The translations under genes and the position numbers were made by a program. Below are positions 13,166 to 26,050 of a stretch of 64,000 nucleotides of DNA, in pieces (positions within the stretch are counted from its first letter, which is position 1; the number at the start of each line of letters is the position of its first letter). The stretch covers positions 161,510,001 to 161,574,000 of the forward strand of contig NC_042999.1 of the NCBI RefSeq assembly GCF_006345805.1, given 5' to 3'. The DNA comes from Octopus sinensis. Taxonomy: Eukaryota. The notes under the pieces were generated by a model. It was given only the letters and a program-made list of their open reading frames with translations, made no database searches and had not been told where the DNA came from.

Positions 13166-15339
13166 TGCTTTGGCTCTGTGTTCAAATTCCACCGAGGGCA
13201 ACATCGCTTTTCCTCCCATTGGGATTGATTAAATAAAATAAATCAATTACTTAGAATTGATTTCATTGATTTAGTACTCCCACTAAAATTTCTGGATTGT
13301 ATGAAAAAAAGTAATAAATAAATTAATAAAGAGAATAAAATGATAATTAAAATAATAAAAGAGGATAGAATAAAAAATAAAACAAGAAACATCATCCTAT
13401 TTAAAATAAATAATAATCATTTTTATAAGGAGGTGTCGGCCACAAACTGAAGTTTAGAGCTCAAAACATACCTATTTCTAGGCCTTGTTAGGAGAATATA
13501 CTGGAGGCTTCTAGAATGATGCATAACGTGACTGCTGGTTGGTTCATAATTCGACCGATCATATGAAAAAGCTGTTACTAAATTGTGATTTTAACTTGGA
13601 AATTCGTCGTATTGGTTTCGAATCATGCCACAGTATTATAGCACATAATGCAATTTCTAAATGTTGAACATTCGCCCTTCCTTGTGACACATTCTGACAA
13701 TTATGTTTATTAATTTTCTTTTGGCTTTGATTTAACAGCATTACGATATGTAAAAAAAAAAAAGATAAAAAGATAAAAAGAAAAACGAAAAAAGTTTTGT
13801 ATGCTGTGAGTTTGGTTAAAATATGAAGACGCCATTGCAAATCAGTGGTACCGATAAGTGCGAGTCATGTACACGATGAGGTCGATACAACAGCTTTTAC
13901 CATTACCTCCTTTCTGCTAATGTTTGGCTTTGTACCAATATGAGAAATCAATAGTGATAAGGCTAACTTTTGTTGACTTGGGGATATTATCAAACGGGTT
14001 AAACAAGCGTTTCTGCCCAGAAAAAACAAACAAGATAAATGAGCAGAGATTAATATTAAAATAATTACATATAATGAATATGCGTGATGAGTAAAAAGGA
14101 GTTAAAGACTTATTCTTTTTTTACCAATGTCCCGTGGTCACATGATTTCATGACGTAGTATTTCATATAGAAATCACCTCTGACTCTGGTGTTTCTGCAT
14201 ACGCGCGATCTTCATCCCAAGTACAATTACTATGCTTATCGTTACATAGCAACGAGAGAGACTCTGTTGTCACTCAACTCGCTAGAAATATCAACCAAAT
14301 CTCCCTGAACTCTTACGCATTAGTCTCAAAACAAGGATGCATTTCATAATGTGCTCCTAAGTGCGTTATCCCTGAAAATATGACGAGATAGCAAAAGTAA
14401 CCGAGGGTTAAGTGACGATGTCAAAAACTAAAGAAGATTTAATTGGTAATCCAACGAATATTCGAATCTGGCAATTCCTACCTTAATTTTACGGGGGTGA
14501 GAGATCTGGTCTTGATTGTAGTCTAGAGAGACATAATCATAAATCATATCGAGTCTCAAAACTAGTTTATATTAATTACAGTATAATAATATGCATATTA
14601 AGAAAACAAAACTAGATCTCATAATGCAGGGAAACAGTTGCATAATCAAGTACCTGCACACCTGGAGAAGTACGTTGCGTCGAAACAATTGTAGTGATTA
14701 AAAATAAATGTCCAACCGTACTCTTTCATGTTGACTGTAATTTTTTCAATTACCTGTTCATACACAACAGTTACTCGAACGTAAACCTAGAAGTACGTAT
14801 AATACTACTACTGGATAGCACAGCGTAAATCTGAGGGTGGACGAGTTCCATACTGTACTCTACTACGTTCTTTACAGACTATACAATAACTATATGTATA
14901 TATCATTCAACCACGGTAGTGGTTGAATATATTCTTAAGTCCACCATTTCGTCAATCGCAGCAGCTTCCAAGCTTCACCACTAATTCAGTTCTCAACTAA
15001 ATTGCAAAGTGTTGACAGTTTTAAAGAGGACAGCACCTCAGCTACACTTTGGCATAAATAGTTTGAGATTTGGTTCGGGGTGGGGGCAGTAAGGCACCTA
15101 TTCATCTTCAATTATCAAAAATTTTTCCATTTTGAATTAAAAGTACACTTTTTTTAAGGCTTAAATGATAGGAAAATGCATGAGGAATTCAGAATCGCTA
15201 GTCACATTCAACAAATATTAGTAGAAAAAGAGTTATGAGGTAAAATGTTACAAAATTTCATGTCAGTAAGGAAGTAAGGGAGTAACGCTTCAGCAATAAG
15301 AATAAAGAATATATTTCTAAAATGAAAGCTTACTACCTA

Positions 15340-15545
15340 AGCGGCGAGCTGGCAGAAACGGTAGCACGCCGGGCGAAATGCATAGCAGTATTTCTTCTGC
15401 CATTACGTTGTGAGTTCAAATTGACTTTGCCTTTCATCCTTTCGGGGTCGATAAATTATGTACCAGGTACGCACTGGAGTCGATGTAATCGACTTAATCC
15501 GTTTGTCTGTCCTTGTTTAGCCCCTTGTGGGTAGTAAAGAAATAA
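15340..15545 (+). mobile_element. SINE family A, internally deleted
   Basis: Same consensus. Confidence 0.88.
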
Positions 15546-15947
15546 ATATTAGCAGCTAAAATTAAAATTTGAATATTAAAACTTATTTTATCATAATTTA
15601 CAAATAACACTATATGTATTTAAGTAGAATTTGGCTATTTACTATCTTAAATACAGGAAAAAGTGACTAATTAGACAAACTTACAAATTAGCTGAACAGT
15701 TTTGTACAATAAATTTAAAGGGTGAGAACTGTAAGGAATAATAAATTAGAAGAACTGGCATTCGTTGCTGCAATATTTTAAATAAAAAGTTTCTTATTCT
15801 TTACTTTATTTGAAATAATAGTTTGTCCTGTACTTTAACAAGTGTGATAACTTGTCCTGTACTTTTCTATGTTTATAATCTTATATGACTTTTCATGCTC
15901 GCATTTTTCCATGTAATATATATATATGTGTGTGTGTGCGTGTGTTA

Positions 15948-15989
<42 letters not shown>

Positions 15990-16279
15990 TGTACATAAAT
16001 ACTCTTTTTACTTGTTCTAGGTTCAAATTCCGCCGAGGTCGACTTTGCCTTTCGGAGTCGATAAATTATGTACCAGTTGCGTACTAGGGTTGATCTAATC
16101 AACTGACCCCTCCCCAAAAATTTCAGGTCTTGAGCCTAGAGTAGAAAAGAATATCTTCTTGTTTATGGAAACTGCAAGCAAAAAGAAAAAAAACATCTAA
16201 AAACGGAAGAAAAGTATATTTACATTTTTATTTACAAGAAATGAAGAAGCAATTGAATGGCTACATTGTGGTTGGTGTT

Positions 16280-17864
16280 TTTCAATTTGGTTATCAATTT
16301 GAACTTCAAAGGATTGCTTCAACTTGAGACGCAAATCTTCTCTTTTCACAATTTGAAGAACATTTCGCCTTTGCGGGGACGGGGGGAATGTCGCTCACTG
16401 CGGAAAATCCAGCTTCAACTAACCAGGATGTTAGAAAGCGGAGGAGGAACGGGATTGCTTCATGAAAAAGTGTTGGAAATGTCTTTACATGCAGCCAACC
16501 ACGAACGCCTTTTCTATCCAATTTCGTCATTAAGATTGCATTCTCCTTAAGATGAAGAAGATCGGCTGCAAGTTAGGGATTAAAATCTTGGAAGCATCTT
16601 CTCATATCCATTTGCAAGCTCTTCATTATGATTACATAAGATGGATAATGGAAGATTATATCCTTATCTCGCGTACTAATCTCAATAAAATCTTGGAAGC
16701 ATCTTCTCATATCCATTTGCAAGCTCCTCAAATGGCTGACACAACTGATGATTACAGCTTCTGATGGTTCTGTTTTAAGAAGATGACTGAAAAAGATAAA
16801 TACGCTCCTTTGAAGCCGAATTACCCATAAACCAAATTTGTTTATGAATGACAGTATCTTCTCGGCACAGTCCACTGTCGTTGCACCGCATCTTTGAATC
16901 GATTTATTTAAGGCATCGACCTGCGAGAAAATGTCGGCAAGGTAGAAAATCCATGCCTTTGTGTCGATGTCATTCGTAGCTTCAAGCAGGAAGTCTGCCT
17001 TCCTTTTGCTTCCGCCGGCTTGCTTGAAGGTGCATCCCATATTTGTACAAGGCATGTGAGGCAATCGTCTTTTGATAGCCATTGAACTTCGGGATGTAAT
17101 AGAAGCGTTTGGTGCTCCTTATTTTTGCAGAGTTGTGAAAATGGAATGTATGTATTAGCCATGTGGAAATGTATGTATTAGCCATTCTGCACACACATAC
17201 TGTGATTTATATATTTACTAAACAAATATTTGTACGACTGATCCGTTAGGTAAGAGTTTAAAATATTGACTCTGGTTTTGATTTCAATGGATACACGTTT
17301 ATATCACTAAAAACGCGCTGCATTAGTGATTGTAGCAGACAGACTCAAACTTGTCATGGGTGCAGCTAGGAAATTCCTATAATAGGTGCGCAGTCATGAA
17401 GATGCTTGAATTCACGCGAAAACCGCCCCCTCTACAATTAATTTGGTCAAACTGCAAATCCTGTGATTACTGTAGTGGCGCGATCTGAGAAATATATTCA
17501 GTCAAGATCAGCGTTGCCAAAGTTATTACGTTCTTAACAAATTTGTTACGTTTTTGACAAAATTTATGCGTTTTTATGTTTTGGGATTTCTTACGTAGAT
17601 TTCTTACGTTTTTCATTACGTCTTGGAATATTATTTGTTACGTTTGTAACCTTTCGAGATACACATTTGTTACGTTTTGGAAAAATCTTTCCGAAACGCT
17701 GGTCAAGACTACAAATTGAATACTAAAAACAGCTTGTTTCCAATCCAGAAAATTCCCGAGGCCCTCTCGAAATTTTCTCAGGTACCCTCAAAATTTTCCC
17801 AGGCTCACTCAAAATTTTCCCAAGCCCACTAGTGGGCCTCTTGGCCCAACGTTGAGAACCACTG
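16280..17864 (-). mobile_element. hAT Buster/Charlie-type transposon remnant
   Basis: Transposase pieces LLLHPEVQWLSK, FYLADIFSQVDALNKSIQ, FLTSWLVEAGFSAV; terminal gttgagaaccactg (17851-17864); subterminal 21-bp repeats; second TIR not seen. Confidence 0.85.
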
Positions 17865-18815
17865 CTCTACTTGGAAAAATGAATATGGTCTAGGATCAGG
17901 AAAAGTAAACTTGGAAAAGCAGACTAAAAGAGAAAAAATGGAAGACTGTGTGGGGGGGGGGTCCGTGCGTGTGTGTGTGTACTACATATGTATATTGTTT
18001 TGATATTCTGAAAAGGATTTAATGAATGAATGTGGATGAGGCAGGATCTTTTGCCAGAAACAATAATCCAAAATAATTAAAGAAAAAACAACATTGTGTT
18101 GCTATTTTTAAAAAGATGAAATTGCTTAATTTATCATATATCTCTAAAGAATTTTCTTCAGTGAAGACTTTCCAAATATTTTGTGCTAGAAATTCTTTTC
18201 TTGTAGTCTTCATTGTGGAAAGTCCTTTCTTACAAAAAAGAAAAGAAACGCAAGGACGAGCGGATTTTCTTTCTTTTTTTTTTTTCTTAACAGTTTTTTA
18301 GCAGTTTTGTTCCATACTCGACCTCGGCGGAATTTGAACTCAGAATGTAACGTCAGACGAAATACGGCTACGCATTTCGCCCGGCGTGCTAACGTTTCTG
18401 CCAGCTCGCCGCATTTGAAGCCACCGTAGATTCTACGACCGCTAAGGACACAGTTTCGTCAAAGAAATATGTTGGTCTTACAGAGTGTTCAATGTTTCTG
18501 TGGATTTATTAGATTTTAACCTTTTCTTCGACAGCTTTTCGCTTCATTATTTATCTTTTTCTTCTAATTACCTATTTGTTTCTTATTAACCATTTTTGCG
18601 GAGACGGGCAAACAAGAGGATTCACGTTTTATTTTACGTCCCTGTATCTTTCTGTAATTTCATTTTCAATTTAAAATACTTAATCTTTTTATATTCATTT
18701 AAAAAAATTTTATCTTACTTATTTATTTCGGTTCATTTTAATTCATATACTTTGCGCGTATAACACTTATGTGTATATCCTAGGAGCCTCGAACCAAATT
18801 AATGAACGGTTTTTA

Positions 18816-18861
<46 letters not shown>

Positions 18862-18877
18862 TACATACATACATACA

Positions 18878-18909
<32 letters not shown>

Positions 18910-19075
18910 CATATATATATATCAGAGAAATTAATGATAGAGATGTAGCGAGTACTAACTCGAACATAATAACGGAAATGGTACCCAAAATCTTGAAAAT
19001 CAAACCAGAGTAAATAAATTAGAACATGAAAAGAACAATATGTCATCAGGAATGCTCAAATCTGTAGGTGACTTC

Positions 19076-20290
19076 GAAATTCTGCTACTAATATTCTTGA
19101 CTAAATTCTTAAACACTATGACGGCTAGGCAGGAACCTACATTAATATAACTAAGTCTATCGTTGGGTTTCCTACAGGGTTTGTAAATATTCTTTTTTAA
19201 ATCTAGAGATATGTCAAGGAAATTGACAACCGTCAGGTTGATATCTATTGTTATGCTAAGATCGAATGTTTACATAAGATGGATAATATCCTTCCTTACC
19301 TGATCTTATGCAGGTCCACTGGTATTTGTAGTTAAAGCTAGAGCATCATCCTTATAAATAGTGAAATATACACCAGGAAAAGCTTTTCCTAACGTATCAA
19401 GCAGGAATAGCCCAATGAGATCGCATATGCTCACATCGAAATCACTGTCTGTGTCGGTTGTCTTAACCCACTTTGTGTTCTCGCTGAAGAGTATGGTCTT
19501 TCTCTTATAGAATGGAAGATTATATCCTTATCTCGCGTGCTAATCTCAATAAAATCGCTTGCGAAAGTGCAGGCTTTATTCTCTTTACTCTTTTACTCTT
19601 TTACTTGTTTCAGTCATTTGACTGCGGCCATGCTGGAGCACCGCCTTTAGTCGAGCAAATCGACCCCGGGACTTATTCTTTGTAAGCCCAGTACTTATTC
19701 TATCAGTCTCTTTTGCCGAACCGCTAAGTGACGGGGACGTACGTAAACACACCAGCATCGGTTGTCAAGCAATGCTAGGGGGACAAACACAGACACACAA
19801 ACACACACATACATATAATATATATACATATATACGACGGGCTTCTTTCAGTTTCCGTCTACCAAATCACTCACAAGGCATTGGTCGGCCCGGGGCTATA
19901 GCAGAAGACACTTGCCAAGATGCCACGCAGTGGGACTGAACCCGGAACCATGTGGTTGGTTAGCAAGCTACTTACCACACAGCCACTCCTGCGCCTATCA
20001 TAGTTATAAAGGCCACTTTTTTTTTTTTCTGAAGTATCTCTATTTCTTTTAATCTAATTTAAGCCTAGCGGCAATGATACCAGCTTCTTTATTAATGTCG
20101 TTATAAACTTGTGGTCTAGCTTTAGTGTAATTATTAATAACATTGTTATGTATGAGTTGTGAGTATGTGCTGTTGTCTATAAGGTATAAGTTCTTCATTT
20201 TATCAGGAAAAACTGCCGTTTTTTGGAACATTTTATGTTTTTGATGTCTTTTTTTAGCTTCTGTTGAAAAGTGTTAAAGGACTTACGAAA
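19076..20290 (-). mobile_element. Penelope-like element, RT 5' part (interrupted by a SINE)
   Basis: KNLYLIDNSTYSQLIHNNVINNYTKARPQVYNDINKEAGIIAARLKLD; KDIIFH; CDLIGLFLL; YKDDALA; VVNFLDISLDL..YKPCRKPND. Confidence 0.88.
19581..19997 (-). mobile_element. SINE family B
   Basis: Full-length match to the in-window consensus. Confidence 0.92.
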
Positions 20291-20310
20291 TTTTATTTTG
20301 TTTATAAGCA

Positions 20311-20491
20311 TAGGCATAGGAGTGGCTGTGTGGTAAGTAGCTTGCTTACGAACAACGTGGTTCCGGGTTCAGTCCCACTGCGTGTCACCTTGGGCAACTG
20401 TCTTCTACTATAGCATCAGGCCGACCAAAGCCTCGTGAGTAGATTTGGTAGAGGGAAACTGAAAGAAGCTTGTCGTATATATGGATGTATG

Positions 20492-20538
<47 letters not shown>

Positions 20539-20557
20539 ATTATTATATATATATAAA

Positions 20558-20615
<58 letters not shown>

Positions 20616-20820
20616 TGTATGTAGTATGTGTTGTATGTATGTATGTATGTTTGTGGTGTCTGTGTTACGTCCCCGTAACTTAGCGGTTCGGCAAAAGAGA
20701 CCGATAGAATAAGTACTGGGCTTACAAAGAATAAGTCCTGGGGTCGATTTACTCGACTAAAGGCGGTGCTCCAGCATGGCCACAGTCAAATGACTGAAAC
20801 AAGTAAAAGAGTTAAAAGAG
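20311..20820 (+). mobile_element. SINE family B
   Basis: Full-length, expanded internal microsatellite. Confidence 0.92.
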
Positions 20821-20824
20821 TAAT

Positions 20825-22095
20825 AAGAATTTTAGTTAAGAATATTAGTAGGAGAATTTCTAGCTTCTCCTCCGATATAAACATATTTAATAATGTTGCG
20901 CCAATATATAACAAAGCTCTTAAAGATAATGGATTTAAAGAGGAAAGAGCTTATACACCTTTTATTAGTCTAGAAATAAAAAAAAAACAGAGACTCAGGA
21001 AGATTATCTGGTTCACACACCCTTACTCTCCCGAAGTGACCTTTAATATAGGTGAATATTTCTTGTCACTTATAGATAGACACTTTCCCATGAATCATAA
21101 ATATAGGAAACTCTTTAATAGGCATAACCTAAAAATTAGTTTTAGTTCAACCACAAATTTTAAAAATATAATTGCACATAACGTAAAAAAAGACAACACG
21201 AAGCCAGCTGTTCCTGCAGAGATAAAGACTTGTGCCCGCTAAATGGAGCCTGTATGACCAAGACCATTATTTATGAAGCTACCGTAGATTCTTATTTCTT
21301 TATTGCCCACAAGGGGCTAAACATAGAGGGGACAAACAAGGACAGACAGACGGATTAAGTCAATAACATCGACCCAGTGCGTAACTGGTACTTAATTTCG
21401 ACCCGAAAGGATGAAAGGCCAAGTCGATCAGCGGAATTTGAACTCAGAACGTAGCGGCAGACGAAATACCTATTTCTTTACTACCCACAAGGGGCTAAAC
21501 ACAGAGGGAACAAACAAGGACAGGCAAACGGATTATGTCGATTACATAAGTACCAGTGCATAACTGGTACTTATTTAATTGATCCCGAAATGATGAAAGG
21601 CAAAGTCGACCTCGGCGGAATTTGAACTCAGAATGTAACGGCAGACGAAATACGGCTACGCATTTCGCCCGGCGTGCTAACGTTTCTGCCAGCTCGCCGC
21701 ATTAGAAGCCCCCGTAGATTCTACGACCGCTAAGGACACAGTTTCGTCAAAGAAATATGTTGGTCTTACAGAGTGTTCAATAATCACACCTTACAGGTGT
21801 GATTACAGGTGTTCAATAATCACACTTTAAGCTTCAGGCACTGGGATAAAAGAAAAACGACCAAATTATCCAGTTATATCTGGTTCTTAAAAGAGCAGGG
21901 TGTCAGCTATAAGATTCACTGGAAGATCTTAGCCAAGTGTAAACCTTATACCAACGGCAGTGGAAAGTGCGGTCTTTGTGATATGGAATGATGGCTCATC
22001 TGGAAAAGTTCCTTAGATTCTGCTAGATGTCTAAATTCAAGAACTGAACTTTTTGGATCATGTCCAAATATGACAAAATACTTGTTTAGGTTTTG
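20825..22095 (+). mobile_element. Penelope-like element, RT thumb plus GIY-YIG endonuclease part
   Basis: RKIIWFTHPYS..NIGEYFLSLIDRHFP..LFNRHNLKISFS; IIYEATV; KKYVGLTE; FNNHTLSFRH..TKLSSYIWFLK..WKILAKCKPY..KCGLC; LNSRTEL. Confidence 0.9.
21293..21700 (-). mobile_element. Tandem dimer of SINE family A inserted in the Penelope-like element
   Basis: Two tail-containing units; imperfect 18-bp TSD gaagctaccgtagattct (21275-21292) / gaagcccccgtagattct (21705-21722). Confidence 0.88.
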
Positions 22096-22191
22096 GGCCA
22101 CCCAAGATCACGGATAGAACCTACTTTTTTATTATGTCCCTGTACAAGCCTTCCATATGTCGTAATATTTTTTTTATTGTTTTATATATAT

Positions 22192-22291
22192 NNNNNNNNN
22201 NNNNNNNNNNNNNNNNNNNNNNNNNNNNNNNNNNNNNNNNNNNNNNNNNNNNNNNNNNNNNNNNNNNNNNNNNNNNNNNNNNNNNNNNNNN
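22192..22291. other. Assembly gap (100 N)
   Basis: Visible. Confidence 1.
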
Positions 22292-23559
22292 AAAGATAGA
22301 AGATAAAGTTTATGGTGAAATAACCTTGATTATTATTTCTTTATTGCCCACAGGAGGCTAAACATAGAGGGGACAAACAAGGATAGGCAAAGGGATTGTT
22401 ATTGCATCGAGTTTTTAGCTTTTATGGAATCGAAAGACAGGTACCATAATATACTGCGACCAATTACATCTTGCTATTAAACTTTGGGCCTTGTGTCTCG
22501 TCAAATTAACATCAATGACATTGGTTTCAAATCTTGGTACAAAGTCAGCTATTTCGGGGGAGTAAGGTTAGGTCGATGTGATTGACCGTGGTTAAACTCG
22601 TACTTATTTTATCGATCCCGAAAGGATGGAAGGCAAAGTCGACACGGAACGTAAAGTCAGAAGGAATGCCGCTAAGCATTTTTCCCGGGACGGTAACGAT
22701 TGTGCCGACTTTTGATGCAGCACGGATTTTTGTCAGTGAACAGGTCGCGGTCTTATAGCGACGAAACTATTTTGACAAATTAAACTTAAATGTTGAAGTG
22801 AATCGAACGGCTTTTGTGTGTTTCTTAAATGGCTTACAAACACCTTCCACGCTGCAATTGTTTTCGTTCCAGCACACGATCTCAGATCAAATCACTTGCT
22901 ATGCAAGTACGTCTCCCACAAGGGGCTAAACATAGAGGAGACAAACAAGGACAGACAAAGGGATTAAGTTGACTATATCGACCCCAGTGCATAATTAAGT
23001 ACCAGTTATGCACTGGGGTCGATATAATCAACTTAATCCCTTTGTCTGTCCTTATTTGTCTCCTCTATGTTTAGCCCCTTGTGGGCAATAAAGAAATAAG
23101 AAGTATATGCCGTAGGCCGAAAATGTTCAAGTTATCTCCCTTACATTAAAGACTGAAAGTGCGGTTCTGACGATTATGAGAATTTGGATAATTCTCATAT
23201 AATATGACATCACGTTGGGGGGAAATCTTGATCGCTGGCTTCATTTGTGACAAATCAAAAAGTATGTGAATATGCTATTGTGTGTACGGGACAAGAGGAA
23301 ATTAAAACTGTATGAAAAGCATGTAGTGTTACATCGTGTTCATATACATGTGTGTTTATATACAGACAAGCAGACATACGTACCTATATATGTGTGTGAA
23401 CGTGTATATATGTATGTACACACACATACTCATGCATATATATATATATATATATATTGCAAGAAAGTGTGTGAGAGAAATTGTGATGTCACAGGAGAGA
23501 AATGTGTCCTCATGGATGATGGTGCACTTGCATTTAATGATTCTGATAAGAAAAAGGCA

Positions 23560-25140
23560 TGAAAATGCCATTATGAAAGACTGCTGAATGTGGTGAATGA
23601 ATGGGAGGAGGAAAGTTAACCCAATTGTTGACCCAGTAGAGGGACCAGCTACCCAAATAGATAGCACCCTGGTAGATAAAGTAATTAAGGATATGAATGC
23701 TTTGTGAGCCGCTCTCCAGCTATCTATCTGCAGCTTTATATAGCTATGGTAAGACCTCACCTGGAATTTGCATCACCGGTCTGGAACCCCTATCTTGCCC
23801 AGGATATCAATCGTCTGGAAGCTGTTCAGCGACGTGCAAACCAAAAGAATACCCTCCATCAGGCATTTGCCATATCCTGAACGCCTTACTTCCTGGGCAT
23901 GGACACATTGAAACTCCGACGTCTGGCAGCTGAACCTGGAGACACGCATAAATTATCAACCACGTACAAACAATAACTCTGAGCACCTTTTCAAACTCCA
24001 CCCATCTAACACCGTGGACATATTTCAAAGTCAGAAAAACGCACAGCTCCCATGATTCAGGAAACATTTTTTCACGCTGAGAGTTGCTGAAGCATGGAAC
24101 AAACTGCCAGCATCAGTGTTAGTTGTCGGAGCACTGAATCCTTCAAAACTTCCATGCTTTCTGAGGTTCGCCAACACACACCTGATTTTCTCCCCTCCAT
24201 ACACACACAGGCAGTATCTGACTCATACATTGTTCGCTTTCCAACATTTTTACATTACTGCATGTACTTTATATGCACTTTCTGACAAGTTGTGGTGCAC
24301 CTGAGCACTGTATACAATAATTTCATTATTATTATTATTATTTTTAAGAAGGAAAAGCCCCCGGCCTATCAGGAATCACTGCTGAGATGCTTAAAATATC
24401 TGGTGGTGTGCATTATAGCCTAGTCACCCATATTATAAACCAGGTAGTTCACAAAGGAGTCATACACAATGACTGGCATAGCAGCACCATAGTCAACTGC
24501 TACAAGGGTAATGGTGATCCCTTAGATAGAAATAACTACAGGAGTATCAAACTGCTGGATCAGGTGATGAAGGTCACGGAGAGGGTCATAGTCCAACTAA
24601 TTAAGGAGAGAGTCTGCTTAGATGAGATGCAGTTCAGTTTTGTGCCTGGTAGAAGCACCACTGATGCTACATTCTGATGGTACAGTAACTGCAGAAGAAA
24701 TACCAAGCCAAAGATAAACCCCTATACTTGGCTTTTGTTGACTTGGAGAAAGCCTTTGACAGGGTCCCACGATCCCTTATCTGATGCGCGATTTGAAAAC
24801 TGGGGATTGACAAGTGGTTAATAAGAGCTATAAAGGCATTGTACAGGGATGCGGTTAGTAAGGTAAATATCGGCAATGAGTATAGTGAAGAACTCTGGGT
24901 AGAAGTAGGGGTTCACCAAGGATCAGCCCTCAGCCCCCTCTTATTCATCATAGTCCTCCAGGTAATAACAGAGGAATTCAAGACAGGCTGCCCCCTGGGA
25001 GCTCGTCTATGCTGGTAACCTTGCTCTCATAGTGGAATCACTACCGGCACTAGAGAAGAAATTTCAGGTGTGGAAGGAAAGTTTAGAATTCAAGGGCCTT
25101 AGAGTCAATGTTGCAAAAACCTAAGTCCTAGTAAGTAGGA
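23560..25140 (+). mobile_element. RTE-clade LINE RT remnant split by a nested CR1/L2-type LINE
   Basis: KAPGLSGITAEMLK..YKGNGDPLDRNNYRSIKLL..QFSFVPGRSTTDA..LAFVDLEKAFDRVPR..GVHQGSALSPLLFII, with stops and frameshifts. Confidence 0.9.
23700..24340 (+). mobile_element. CR1/L2-group LINE 3' fragment with (ATT)n tail
   Basis: MVRPHLEFASPVWNPYLAQDINRLEAVQRRA..PYPERL..RVAEAWNKLPASVV. Confidence 0.85.
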
Positions 25141-25175
25141 ACAGGTTCATATATATATATATATATATATATAAA

Positions 25176-25405
25176 TTTCTTTACTACCCACAAGGGGCTA
25201 AACATAGAGGGGACAAACAAGGACAGACAAACGGATTAAGTCGATTACATCGACCCCAGTGCGAAACTAGTACTTAATTTATCGACCCCGAAAGGATGAA
25301 AGGCAAAGTCGACCTCGGCGGAATTTGAACTCACAACGTAACGACAGACGAAATACCGCTAAGCATTTCGCCCAGCGCGCTAACGTTTCTGCCAGCTCGC
25401 CGCCT
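25176..25405 (-). mobile_element. SINE family A
   Basis: Full-length match. Confidence 0.9.
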
Positions 25406-25827
25406 TTTATATATATATATATATACGTACGTATGTATGTATGTATATTCTAAATTCGGTGTGTGGTGAGGCAATTCGTTGCTAAACCCTTAATTACTTA
25501 GTATATATATATATATATATATCAACAATTGAGGGTAAAATTAATTAATCAATTTCACCAAGTGTTCAGTATGTAAAAGGACCATTTAAGGCGAATTCAA
25601 AATATTACATTATATAATTAGGGCTTAGTAAAATAAATTACTTTGCCACATACTGAACTTAGTAGAAATAGCAGCCCAAAAAAATTTTTCTAGCTATTTC
25701 TACTACTTAAAGAAAATTTCTCTCAGAGAGAAATTTCTTTAAGTAGTAGAAATAGCTAGAAAAATTTTTTTGGCTGCTATTTCTACTAAGTTCAGTATGT
25801 GGCAAAGTAATTTATTTTACTAAGCCC

Positions 25828-25874
<47 letters not shown>

Positions 25875-25996
25875 GTATGTATGTATGTATGTATGCATGC
25901 ATGCATGCATGTATATATATTTATATGTATGTATGTATGTAAAATATGTATGTGTATATATATGTATTATATATATATATATATAGATATAATATA

Positions 25997-26050
<54 letters not shown>

